From the NCBI GenBank assembly GCA_965655095.1, contig OZ296648.1, forward strand, positions 129,394,001 to 129,458,000: a stretch of 64,000 bases of DNA, written 5' to 3'. Each line of letters opens with the position of its first letter. The stretch's first letter is position 1. Below the pieces are notes generated by a model. That model saw only the letters and a list, made by a program, of their open reading frames with translations, was not told where the DNA came from and ran no database searches. The translations under genes and the position numbers were made by a program. Positions 50,779 to 64,000 of this stretch are shown here, one piece after another. This stretch comes from Haplodiscus bocki. Lineage: Eukaryota.

Positions 50779-53700
50779 CATATGATCTTGAAATATATCT
50801 CAAGAATAATTGTATTTTTTGATCCTCTTGGAAATAAAATATTCCTCTTCCTTATGAATTGTTTCCCAATTTCTGATTTTCTCATGCTTTTAATGTCTAA
50901 AAGTGACTTCTGTGAAACTTTTCTGTCTTCTTTTGTTTGAAAACAATGCCAATCTCATACATTACCTAATTTCTCATCCTAGTTGCAATGATTTATCTTT
51001 GGGACACTGATTTTCGAAGTGGAGATAAATCTGCTTCGACTCCATTGTTCTATGTCAGGATGTAATCATTCCGGGAAACTGTATTTTAAATAAAAAACTA
51101 ATGCAATTTCTATTCGTTGGGGTATTAGTCAAACAGGTAAGAGTAATCTCCGATGGGAGGGTGCGGCGACGTAAGGTATTTCAAGTTACATAATGAATTC
51201 AGGTCGTTCTCCAAATCCCTTCAAGACAAAATTCTCGGGGGACAAACCGCGTCGATGTATGATGACTAAGTGCAAAATTCAATTACAACCTGATTGCGGC
51301 GCAATAAGTATTCAGCCATCCGTGGCTTATGGGCTGCCCTATCCCTATTACTTGATGTGCAACAAAATGTAATTGTTTGTGGGTAAAATTTCCTGACCAT
51401 GCCCGCCTCCTAAGTTCATTTAACTTTTGATGGAGCTCATTTTATTTTCGGCAGCAAAATTTTAAAAGGAAAAATTTTCTTATCATTTCAAGCATCATCT
51501 TATGTCAGGTGTTTTCAGGAAGGTGTTTTGCATGTCACCGCCTGTGACCGTGGGACTCATGTGCAAAGCAACTAATGCCAAAGCAGCCCTTTAGAGGTTT
51601 GCAACTTTGAAATCCTAATTTATTTGACATTCACTAAAAGTTTCCCAGCTGATTTTTTAGGAGGCCTTTTTGAAGATTTCATGACGAAGCAACCGGATGA
51701 TTGCATTTAGATTTCCATCCTATTGATATCAAAACCCTCAACATATTTTTCAAGAATCCAGACGGCATCAAATTTTTAAATAAAAATATTTTTAAACTTC
51801 CCAATACTAAATTAAATCAGAATTTCGCTCTCTGAGAGTTAAAGAAAGTCATTGTTTCTTTTAAAAAAATGAACAAAAAGAGAAATAGTGAAAAAAAGTA
51901 GAGTTTGTCTGAATGGAGTGTCAGTTTAAAGGAGTCGATGAGTCTTTACAGGAGATTTTGGTTATTTTCCTTGGGAAAAAGACTGTTCAGAGTCAATTCC
52001 TCATTAGCAACCGCATAGAACTCCAATGAAAAGCTCCGATGCGTCAGGACTAGATGTCAAGCATTGCAGTCACCTTCTACTGAAACGTTTCACTTGATTC
52101 ATTCATTAATTTTTCCATCTTCAATGACGTTGCGCTATACAGGTTCGGTCACAATTGCTGAAAAATTTCCTCAATAAAAAATATTGTTGGACTTCCAGTT
52201 ATCAACAGTGCTACTAATTTTTCCAATTACTAGCCCTGCATCAAATTGGAAGTTCATGAAAATATAAAGGATCCAAGCAAATTGGTTTTCAAAACATTCT
52301 GAAAAATCCGTGACAATTTTGAAACCAAGGAACTTGTGTCAATCGTTATATCGGCCGTCTATCAACTGTTCCAGCAAAAATTTCGCTGACAAACACCTGG
52401 GTGATGGGAGCGTAAAGTTACAGTAAACGCCACGGAACCTACAAAATTAATCAGTCAATACAAAAAAACTATATTCAGTTTTGAGTCAGATATTTTTTTT
52501 TATTTTTTCTATATAAAAAGGGGCGATTTTTTAATATATCTGGAAATTTTCGGAAGAAAACTCATTTTAAATTGGCCCCAATGTTTGTGAAACAAAAATA
52601 GAAAACAAATATCGTTCGTACTGGCATTCAAGTCAAAAGATTTTATGGCTGATGCCATGAGTTTTAATGTTTTTTCATCGATTTTCTTGAATAATTGTTT
52701 CATGTCGCCCCATCTGGTTGCTTAAAATAATTGAACATGGGTCTGTAAGTCCTCGCCCTCTGGCATTTGAGCCTGGTTCTCACGCCTGTCGGCCCTCAAA
52801 GCTGTACTCCAATGTCTTTGAGCCTCCAATATTGAGGTTCAGATATGCTCCGCAATCATGTGGAACTCCAATGAAAGGCACGAATGAGTCAGGGCTTGAG
52901 ATTAAATTTTGTAGAAATCACCTTCGAATAAAATTGTGTCATTCGTCAAGTTCTTCATTGAATTTGTGTCAGACATGCATGTTCAAAATTGCTTAAAAAA
53001 CTTGATAACCAAAAAAGTTTTGAAGCTTCCAATTTTCAGCATGGCAACCAACTTGTCCAATTGCTATCTTTGTCCAAAATTAGACTCCATTTTGAAAAAC
53101 GGCTTCGAAGAAAGACACTTCAAAGTATTTTGAAACTTCCGCAACTAATTGGAAGCTTCTCAACTTGTCTCAAAAGTTAATTAGCCCTTGAGTCAACCAC
53201 TCCAAACCAAGAGTCTGGCGTTGCTGGCGATCGACGTTCAAAAACACACCAACGCTGTAGAATTTACAAGATTACTCGGCTTTTTTATAGATGTTGTACC
53301 TTGCAGGTAAGCTGAATTACTTCTTGTCATCCGCCATTTAGAATTTCAATTTTAAAAGTCGGTGAGTTTTTTCTTTCAGATGGGAGTTTTTGAAGAATGT
53401 TTGTAAAATGATCTTGGATGAAACCCGCTGACAGCAAGGTCGGAATATTTTTTTCTCTAAAATTATGAGTTTACACGTATGTAAGATTGATATTTTTTCT
53501 AAATGAAGTCCTAATGTCAATCCATGCGGCTACTTAAAACATTTAGCAACCACGTGGAACTCCAAGGAAAAGCTCCGTTGAACAAAGGGAGGAGCTAAAA
53601 CTTTTCAAGTGTCATGTTCAAACAAAATGTTTCATACTTGCTTCTTTCTGTAGAAAAGACTTTTTTCAAAAACGTTGGTTCAAGTTCAGAATGTTTCAAT

Positions 53701-55226
53701 AAATTTCTTCAAAGGAAAAAATTATCGCGGTTTCAATTTCAGCAGAGCTACCAATCAGGCCAATTGGAAGTTGTATTTAGACTGGATGTCTTGTTGAAAC
53801 TGAAAGCTGTTTTTGGTTTTACCTTTTGGAACCATTTCATTGTTTTATGAAGCTTTTGAGCTTAACTCAAAGCTGGAATGCCCGTGACACAACTATTCCT
53901 ATTATAGAAAATGTTGATACATAGCATTCCAGTTTTCAAACCTGAAACAAAACCTCAATTCTGAACGATACGCGATGGAAGCAAAAGCCGGAATGAGTCA
54001 CTATATAGAATTTGCATCTACGGGAAGTCAAACTGCAAGAGAGAAATCTTTTTGAAACTAGATTTTGCGTAAATAAATGGGCGAACGTTCTTTCAATTAA
54101 TTCGTGGAATATGTGTAAAAGCCCGGTACTAAAACGGCTTCTACGTAGGTAAATCAATCTTGAAAGACACTACTTTCTACTGGTATTTATGTTAATGTTG
54201 GTGCACTGATTATTATTTTCGGTATTAATTTTATTTTTAGAACAGTCAATTCAATGCGCGATTGACGGACCTTTCTGAAAGTATTTTCCACTATTAACGT
54301 TCCATTTTTCGCTTCAATGCCCTCTGCCCTTCAATATTTATTTTCAAACATATGTTTGATTGTTCCTATTTTTCTTTCCAGAACTTGAGGGAAATGTCAG
54401 ACGAAAAATTGAGAAGTTAGATTGAGAACATGTGGTATTTATAAATAAGAACATCTGAAAATCTTATGAAAAAAAAAGAGTTCCATTTTTTACTCCGGCG
54501 TTGAGGCCTCAGAGGGTATTCAGCGCTGCCAGCTCTGATTGACGATTTATCAGTGGTATTCACCGTTTTTTCAGCGCGTATTTTTTTAAAGTCTCAACAG
54601 AGCTGAAATTGAGCTTTGATATGTGCTGAACTGAAAGATTCACGATAGCATATTTTGTTAAATTTTTCGAGGTAACCCTGTGGCAACGAAAAGATTTCTA
54701 ACTTCAGAGCATAATTGGAAAAAAGCGAACAATAAACGTTTTGAGCTGTTTTTATCTTCCTTTTAGTCAAATAAGTGTAATGCCCTTATTTTTGAGTTGT
54801 TCAATAATATCAAAGTAAGAACTGTTACTGACTCAAAAATGTTTAGAAGTCAATAATCCTAATTAAAAAATTTGAAACTTCTACACTTTTTGGATTTTTT
54901 TTGAAATTTTCATATTTCTGTGAACATTTTATCTGATTTCGTCGTTTTCTTGCATGCAGAACAAAATCGCTCATTTTAGAGTGGGACAAAACAGCCGATT
55001 TCGGAAACTGGACAAATCGCCGATTTTGATGAGACAAAACCGCCGAATTTCATCAGACAAAACCGCCGATTTTAAAGCGGGACAAAACCACCGATGTGTG
55101 ATAATACAGAACGCTAGTCTTTGCGAAGATAAAAGTTGTTCTTGATAAAAACGTCTGTGCCTAATTATCGATATTTAGTAATTGAAATACCAATATACTA
55201 ATGAAATAGTTCTACCTCAAAATACC

Positions 55227-57707
55227 GGTGTCAGGACATTTCACCCCGAAGACAGTTCTCCCAGGGACATTTCACCCCAGTGCATTTTACCCCAAAGACA
55301 TTTCACCCCGAAGACACTTCATCCCACGGACGTTTCACTCCATGGACATTTCACACCACTTTTTGAAAAGCGAAAACAATGATTCAAGCGGAATAAAAAG
55401 AGTGATTAAATATTGCATGATTGATGTGTAAATAATGGAACAATTTCGATCAAAAGCCTTGACTTCAAAACCGTCCCTCGCTTTTTGAACGCATATTGGT
55501 AAACAACTATGAACCAGAATTAAGCATTACGTCAACAACGCAAAAAAATTTTTTGATACGCTAATCACATAATTTTACGTTTCAACACAGCAAAAGCTTG
55601 TTGTTGTGACATATACCTACACACATTCTATTGATGAACAAACTTTTCAACACGTATTGTAGATTCAATAGCTAAGTGGTAAAGCAGTTGCAAGTAGGCT
55701 AACATACATGAGTTCGTTTCTAGTCCAGCCCCGAAGTTTTCTAATTTATTCAAGACTTCCTGATTCCCGATTTTCCCAGATTCCCAGTTTCCGGCAGCTG
55801 GAAAGTCGCGATAAAGTGAGGTGCAAAAGAAGAAACTCTGATATCGTCTTAATTACTAAGTTAAAGTTTCGTTGGGAAAAACTTTGTTGTTTTCGAGAAA
55901 ATTGAATTCTTTGAAAATTCAGGCACGATACACGCAAAATTTATCATATTTTTCATTCATAAAACTCAAATTGACATTGACAAAGAAGCCATAGCTCTGA
56001 GAAGGTCAATTGTATTTCCATCATGATGACGTTCAATTGCGTTTTTCACCTCCGCCTCCAGTTCTCTGTACATATTTTTCTTCGAAAACTCCATACCTGC
56101 TGTTGACTGCAAATACAGATCTTTTGGGTTGCAGCATCCTTCCTCAGATTTTCCAACATTCTCCACAGACTTGGATGTGAGCGCAAAAAAACGCTTGGCT
56201 ACCAAACTGCCAACTCTCAACCACGTTCGTGGTTCTAGCAACTCTGTCTGATGCAGCTGTTCTTTTGTTCCAAGCCGAAGGGGGAAAAGGCTCTCTCAAT
56301 TTTTTCCCATGCCAGTATTCTGGAGTATGATCACAATTCACAATTTTTTTTCTACCTAACTGGAGTAGGGGAGAACTGCTAGCAGAATATCTTCAACGAC
56401 CAGCCTGAAAAAAAATAACACTTTCAAGTTTTTTCCAAGGCCAAAGCTGGTATAATTTTCAAAGCCAGCGACAAGTCTGTTTTCGATTGGTACAATTTTT
56501 GTTAAAACCCAAGTTCGCCTATTTTCTGGATAAAATTCCGTGATATATGGAAGAATGATCCCAATATCGTGGCATTGAGCAGTGCCTTTTCAAAGGCTTC
56601 CATAGCAGCTAGCTCAAAAACCATCATAATTTCATCGGCAGCTGGATTCGGAAGGAGTGACTAGAAAATAGCCAGAAAACGTTTACATAGGCCATCTGTT
56701 TTGTTTGGTATAAATCCGTACACGCAAATTGGCGCTATTCCATAACCCTGAATGTGAACGGTATACAGCCGGTGAAAACATTTTTGGGCTCAATTTAAAC
56801 GTATCATCTCCCAGCCATGATGGAAATGAGTGCAAATATTTTACAATTTTTTTGTCGCCGAAAACCATTATTTTTTCCGGGTCTTCTTTTCCAGTGTCGT
56901 GCGCTGAAAATGAAAGCAATTCTTTAGACACGTCAAAGTTTCGGTTAGCAGGGTTTAGCTTTTTCTGTGTCACCCGTTGAGAAACTTTGAGGAGATTGGC
57001 TTTGGAGTGAAGTGTCACTTGAGTTGTCTATTCTTCCGTGACTTCCAGCAATGCCGATGCAATTGAAACTACAGGGCTGAAACTTAACTTAATTCTTTGA
57101 TATTTTCAAAGATTTTTCTCGATCCAACTTCTCCCAAAAAATATCGTAGTTGTGGTTCGCTCGAATCGAATCAGCTGCTTGCTACTTGTAATTGCAGTGG
57201 TTCGGCAGCTGCATTTCTCATATTGGGCCTAATTACAGGCTGTGGTTAATTTATTCTCCCTTTTTTCGTAATACTCGTAGCCCTCGACTACAAGGATTGT
57301 TTTCGATTCACTAGATGGCAAAAATTCCATCTTACTTAATGTTGTAATGTTTTTGAGTTCATTTGTTTAGTGATTGAGTTCAAGATACCTTGTCGCATGG
57401 TGGTTTCAAGCTTTGTTTTCACAATTGTTTCAAGGCAGCAAAAATGAAATGCGTCGCTTTTTTGTTTAACGTCTACTTACTTTTTCAAATTGCATCTACT
57501 AACGCGGAAAAAATAATGTTCTCATAAGGAACGCTAAATAGTTTTAATTGTTGAGCATATTTATAATAATTGCTGCTATTGCTTTATACCGACTGTTAAT
57601 AGGCCACAAAAATTCCACAAATTGGGGTGACATGTCCTTGGTGTGCAATGTCCGTTGGATGAAACGTACGTGGGGTGGAAAGCACTGGAGCGAAATGTCA
57701 TGAAACC
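55227..57707 (-). mobile_element. Mutator/MULE DNA transposon
   Basis: TIRs GGTGTCAGGACATTTCACC... and ...GAAATGTCATGAAACC are built of ~15-bp subrepeats. Perfect 9-bp TSD CAAAATACC at 55218-55226 and 57708-57716. Confidence 0.9.
55966..57330 (-). pseudogene. FLYWCH + MULE transposase, disrupted
   Basis: N-terminus MEFLPSSESKTILVVEGYEY...C.C (FLYWCH-like), then WLGDDTFKLSP, QLYTVH, PNKT, IMMVFELAAMEAF, SFFHIS and FPPSAWN...RTTNVVESW. Confidence 0.85.
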
Positions 57708-60700
57708 CAAAATACCAAACCCGAAAAAGCCGAACCCAAAATACCCAAAGACTAAGAACTTGAAAGTAAACTTTGAATTTCTCTAGCAAATCAAATTTAC
57801 ATTTTCGGACGGTGACGAACAGAAAACTATGGAAACTGATAATCTTAATATCTGCAATACTGAACTGTCTGTTATATAAAGAAGTGCCAATGCAACTAAA
57901 CTTCTACAATAAAAAAAAATCATGATAAAAATCTTGCGCGTATAAGTTTCTGTTTTTTCCCGACACCTCGTTGCATGAACCGAAAATATCCGATAGGGCA
58001 ATTTCTGAATAATTTGGTTGATGGCATTTTGTTTTTCACAAGAGAAGTTTTAGTGATTAAGAAAAGTCCGCCACACGAAAGATTGATGAGTTGGAAGCAA
58101 TAATTTAAATCAATTCTTTGTTATTGACATTTCAAAATCTTATCAGACCAAAAAATTGAAAGAAATTGACTTCAGCTAACGGTATTTCAGTTTCTATTAG
58201 TAATTGTTTTTATAATTGCTAGGCATCAATAACTCGGCAAAGCTGTTTTTATCGGAGAGAAAAAATTTGGATTGCAGTTTGTTCTCGTTTGCAAAAACGG
58301 CGGTTTTGTCCCACTTTAAAATCGGCGGTTTAGTTCTGCTCCCAGTTTTTTTACTACCTTAGCTCCTAATGGCACATAAAAAAACAAAGCTGTTTCAAAT
58401 AGGAAATCTTTTACCGGAGGTTAGAGCACCGTTGATCGGCGCTGAAATTATCGGTCGTCAGAAACACTGATCACCGATGATATTTACTACATACTGTTAA
58501 CCAGCGCTAAATATCGATGATTTGCTCTAGCTGGGATTCCATTCCGGACTTTTTAGGTGAAACGAAGTGAAACGCTTCGCGAAGCTTCATGGAGATTTCA
58601 AAATTGCACGTGGTTTCTGGGCGAGTGGAGTGATGCTTATTCGCTCCAGGACAAGTCAAAATGACTTCGTTTTTCATCCCGTCCGTGAAATCCCTCTGCG
58701 TTTCATCCCTTTGATTCTAAATTTCTTAGCACCTACTAATAAAATTCATTCAAATTTCTGCTACACTACAATTGGTTAAGTATCTACCAAATATTAACTT
58801 TCTGGCCGCTAAATTTTTTTTGGGCGAGTTATTTGAGGAGAAAATTCACTTTTTAGGTTTTATAGAGGGCAAAGGCTATACTATTGAGTCCTGTCTTTAG
58901 AAAAAAGCCTTGAAAAGCTAATATTTTTGCAATGAGCGGTAGAACACCAATCAGTTCAGCGGCTCCCCCTGATTAATTTTGCCACTTTTTTCGATCAATT
59001 TTAGTGGAAGGAGTGCGGAATTTTTCGATTTTTTTGGAATTGATTTGGTATACATCAATGCCAACTGCGTTTTTTAAGTTTGACGCCCATTTTTCCACAA
59101 ACTCGTTAGTAGGTTTCGTTTGCTTATTGGTTAGTTGCATTAATAAGATGGTGATTGACCGGACTCGAAACAATTGGCAGCTAAAAGTTTTTCGCAGCCG
59201 ATCTCATGGCGAAAACAATTGGTAAAACCCTGATTTTTCGAAGGCAAATGCTACGTTACCGCACTTTTCTGGCCTCAAAACAACACATGTATGGCATCTT
59301 AATGCTCTTTAGGCGCAATGGAATGTGGAGAGTAAATTGCTTTCAATTTTTAACCGAATTTTTTCTGTTTTTTTCCACTAAGTTTCGGCCGCAAACTTCC
59401 CGAAAAAAAAGAGTTTTCAAACACATTTTTGCATTTCAGAAAAATTAGCGCAATCAGCGTTACTCAATTTGATGTAATTTGTTTGAATTAGAAAATAGAT
59501 AAAAAATTTTGTATGGTAATGGGTTTTGATTCAAGTTTCGACTCCGAACGAGCTTTTTTCAAGGATTTGTTGCCGAAAATTTTCGAAAAAAAGGTTTCCT
59601 GGAAACAGCTTCTCTGAAGACCTATTGAACCGGGTTTAGTGACACCCACCAGAATGCCTTCACAAACAGTTGATGGCTTTTAAAAGTACGCTCAGTGGTG
59701 ACAGTTTGGCTGGGCCGAAGTCCTCCTCAGATGTAGAGCTCTTTTTGATCGGTTGTTTTTCCTTTTGGCGAGACTTCACTACCACTCTCAACAGCTAGAC
59801 AGAATTGTGTCAAGTTTTTGCCTTCCAATGTTACTTTTAGCGTCTATTCAGTGTTTTTTCGTCTATCGGCTTACGCTGAAGAAAATTTTTAACCGGTCTT
59901 ATTGAGAAAACATGCCGAAAAAAACAATGAAACTTTGTAACATTTTTTGTTTCCTGATTCGTATGTCCTTACTCGACTTCCTATCTGTCAATTTTTGGAA
60001 AATGGCCCTCCAAGACTACAGTTCTTGAAAAGCGGCCGGCTTTTGTGTACTTTCTTATTGACAAATGTTCTTTTTCAGCTAGATTTTGTTCGAAATTTGG
60101 CTAATTACCTTAAAGCTACGCTTTTATAAATTATGTTTTTTCTTTGCCTATTCTCTCAGGAGTTCGCCCCATCATCCCCGGCATTGTAGAAACATGTGAC
60201 TAGCGCTGTAATTGGAAGTTTAAGCACCTTGGCGAGCCTGTGCTGAAAACCTTAGTGCTTTTGTTTTTTTTTCTTCCTTTCTTGGATTTGTTAGAGCCCT
60301 CTTCGCCTATTGATCTTACAACTTTACATAACAGGTCGTATTGATTGGAAAGTTTGAATTTTTTAAAAAATTCTGTGGCTTCGTTGAAACATACCACGTC
60401 CCAAAACTTTGGCGTCCGAATTTTTTTGGCCGAGACTTTACTAGCAAAAACAACTTGAAAATGCAAAAAACTCTCAGGGCATATCGTTAAACTTTACTAG
60501 CACAAGTAGCCGATGCGCACTATCGTTGCCTATACTAGTGGAGTTTCTTGCAATATCAAGGTTTTTCAACTGCCCACTCTTTCGAAAGTTTTTCTTAGTT
60601 TCTGTCGGACTTTTGGCAAAAAATTAGCAAAAGCAATGAGAAACAGCCTATTTCCGTCATTCGCCCACTTCGTTTATGAACTTCTGCGCCCTAATACTTG

Positions 60701-62944
60701 CTACCGATTGGATACCTGAATCTTTTTTTGTAAATGTAGGCTGGCGAGATTGTCATTGACGATGCCGATGAATTTTGGCCGCGGAAAGACCTTGGCCGCC
60801 AGAAAACAGCCAAAAAAAAGTTGAGAAACACCGTTTTTTCAGAGGGCAGTCAAATAGTTTGTCGCAGCATACAGGGCTAGTATGTGTGAACTACCAATGA
60901 TATCTAATGGATGAAGCAAAAATTTACATTTCGAGTGTTACTTAGCCAAACATGACGGTTTTTTTCGGCTGAGTTTTGCCGAAGATTTCTTTGGAAGAAA
61001 TCAGAAAATTCTTCATGTTTTATAAACTTTTGTCGTTTTTCATGCTTACAAACACCATGGTCGTTTTAAAAGGTTGGTGAACCATTTTGCTGGAGGCAAA
61101 GAGAAATCATGGTGTATGAAAATAGACGTTTTTGCTTTCTTCGGCTGAGCTTTAGCGGAAAACTTTCCAAAAAAAATTGAAAAATCGAAAAAATCATGTT
61201 TTTTTGTACTTTTGTTTTTTTCCGGGCTTGCAAACGCCTTGCTTCGTTTAGACTTTTGCGATCTGGTTCACTGGAGACAAGTAGACAATGTGCTTCATCA
61301 TAAGAAACTTGATTATTTCTTCGGCGGAGTATTGGCTGAAATTTATCCGAGAACAATCGAGAACTCACGTTGTTTGGCATTTTCATCGTTATTAAGTCCT
61401 GCAAATATCTGTTGGTTTCAAATACTAGTGAACCGTTTCTCAGAAGTCAGTGACACAATGTAGTGTGTAGAATGAGTTTCTATATTCTATATTTTACTTC
61501 ACATGTTGTTTTCGCGAAAATTCTTCTGCAAAAAGGAAAATTCTTGTTTTTCAACAAAAATTTTGCCGGTAGGGCTTCCAATTGACTCATTTCCTGTAGT
61601 TTTTTGTTCAATTTTCATCTTGGGCGTGGCTTCTATCTTTTGCGAGTTATTCTCAAAGCACTTTGTGCCTATGTTTTTGCTTTTGAAGCTTTAAAAAAGT
61701 TTTGGGCTCGAGTTACTTCTGCAAAGCAACAGAATGGACAGTAATCAAATCTACAAAAAACTGAAATTTTCAGGAGAAAATTCTAAGTTTTCATGAAACG
61801 TAAAAATAAGTAGATTTTATAAAACGATGAAATCCCCTACTTTGTAATTTACTTACCAGTTTGAGAGATGAGTGGAAAAGCTGTTACGCAGTATCAATTG
61901 ATCCTGCTTTTTCTGTTTTTGACCGAAAATTTTATTAAATGTTTTCTGATTGAGTGAAGTCTACACCATGCATTTTATGTACTTTGTTACATTTCGATAA
62001 AGATTCTCCTTTTCAAAAAGTAATCGATTCGAAAAATTCATTTGAATTGGGAAATGTTTTCCATTAAGTGTGATAGAAAACGTTGACTTAGAACAAAAAA
62101 ATGTGTATTTCAAATTTTTAGGCTGGATGATATCATTCAATACAGTCGCAGCCCGGACTCTGGATACCTTGACCAGTCAAAGTGGGCGGTCTGTGTTGAA
62201 GTGAGGTCTGGATAGCCGGCCACAGTTGCATTGGGAGATTTTTGCCACGATAGAGTGGCTTTTATTGCGCAGTTTTTGTTGCGGTGTAACAAATTAACTC
62301 CAGCTGCTTGAAAATGCGCAGCACGGAGACTGTAAATTCAGAGATCATCTCTCATTAACTTGCCTCTTTTGCTGCCCCTATAAACAAGAACCAAAATTTT
62401 CAAAAGATAAATCCTTCGCTGCTTGATTAATAAATCACCTTTTGTCATGTCAACGCGAGTGCTTTATGCTACTCTATTGTCCTCATTAGCCCTCAAATAC
62501 CATAACACCCCTTTAATGTGAATTGACATGTGAAATGTCTGCGAAAGTATACCGACCAACAATTGCCAACAAGCCAATCCCGCTCATTCCTGGCTGTAAT
62601 CAGTAAAGACTTCCCAAATCCACCATCAAAAACCTCGACCAGACCGATCCGGGATCCGAATTGACAACTTCTTTTCAAACGTCACTTTTGGGTTTTCCTG
62701 TTTTCTAAAGAGTATTCTAAAACCATTTTGCAACAAATAAAGGCTTTGAGTGAGGATGAAATTAAGGCTGCGCTGTGTGTATGTTTTTAGTGCTTCATTT
62801 CGTCATCATTTAAAATTTTATGTCTGAAACGTAGATCAAAGGTTTCTACTTTGGGGTTAGGTACGTATGTTTTGCATGTATTCACGTCGATTCATTATCT
62901 GGGTCTTATAAAAATATACGTAAGTTTTTGAAAGTCTATAAGTG

Positions 62945-63295
62945 CCCGGGTTGAAGTCCCAGAGATAATCAGCTCTGAACAGCGCTGTTTCAGAGTTTTG
63001 ACGTTTTTCAGCGCCGATTCAGAGAACATGAAAAACATTAGCTCTGATCACCGCTGATTTTCTCTGAATCAGCGCTGTTCAGAACTCAACAATTCAGCGC
63101 TGTTTCAGGGAAAATCAGCTCTGAATCAGCGCTGTTCAGCGCTGCTTTTCTCAGCTCTGAAACATTGAGTTTTCAGCGCTGAATCAGCGCTGATTTACTG
63201 TGAATTAACCGATATTAAAACATGCAGATTGGAATATCAAATTGTGATAACGTAGCCAGAAGTGATGAAAATGCTTGAAGTGGTCATTTAAATGC
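62945..63295. mobile_element. Left part of a CAGCGCTG-array MITE
   Basis: Starts CCCGGGTTGAAGTCCCAGAG, has many tcagcgctg units, and is colinear with 14231-14540. Confidence 0.7.
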
Positions 63296-64000
63296 ATGTA
63301 CTGTTACACGACAAAAAATAATGAATACTAAGGTATTATAATTATATAACCCTCTGTATAAGATAGGGTGGCTAATGAAATAGGTAATAAAACAGTTACT
63401 AGGTTTAAGTATATGAGATTTGATTACGGTTTTCGATCATCTTTCGATCATTCTTGAATAATAATCAAAATAATAACCAAAAATGGCTCGCGAGTTCTAT
63501 TTATTTTCAGAAAAATTCTAATTCTTTTTAAATAGACTATTTTCAATTTATTTGTAACCGTTGAAGAAAAACATAAAAATGTGCTCCCGTATTGCTATAA
63601 CTGTTTGAAACTTCAGATAAATTTTCTATATTTTCCGTTCCCAAATGGTAACTTGAAATGTTTTTTCAATTTTGAGGAGTTCTTCAGGCACTCTTTTCTC
63701 TGTTCATTCTTGCGGAGAGCTATCTACTACAGCAACTACAAACCAAAGTGTCAAACTGCGCCAATTCAATAAGAAAGTAGCCAAGCGGGAAAACTTCTTC
63801 CAAGCTGTTGCTATTGTGACTAAGAAATTATACCCATAATTGCGTTGGAAAAATTGTTTTGCTTCGTTCCCATATTAAGTTTCCGCATGTGTTGTTGGCA
63901 GTTGATCGAAAATAGTGTTTGTTTCTGGAAAGTTTTATAAATTCTACTAGAGGTCCTTGACTTCTGTTTACCTGTAATGAGAAACTTGGAATAACTCATA

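Noticed and set aside
51900-53300. Possible decayed NACHT/NLR-like coding sequence on the minus strand
   Set aside because: Only one vague motif (FLFHKHWGQF) and no Walker motifs found.

Overview
Repeat-rich, AT-rich eukaryotic (probably animal) genomic DNA with no recognisable intact host gene. The main feature is a complete but decayed 20.7-kb Ty3/Gypsy-type LTR retroelement at 22289-42972. It has ~2.5-kb TGTCGC...GCGACA LTRs, a GTGG target-site duplication and a tRNA-Leu-like PBS, and it is organised like a complex retrovirus. From 5' to 3' it carries: three tandem paralogous small ORFs, gag, pol with a TARG1/OARD1-type macrodomain between protease and RT, a decayed antisense ORF, three more small ORFs (two of them paralogous), a chuvirus-glycoprotein-like env, a Ser/Arg-rich ORF, and a RING-less coiled-coil + TRAF-C (MATH) gene next to the 3' LTR. 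The rest of the window holds a second, gag-deleted Gypsy element (45845-50778), a Mutator/MULE transposon with a 9-bp TSD (55227-57707) nested in two older inverted-repeat elements, an integrase remnant and several MITE-like repeats. All family assignments come from reading motifs by eye; no database searches were run.
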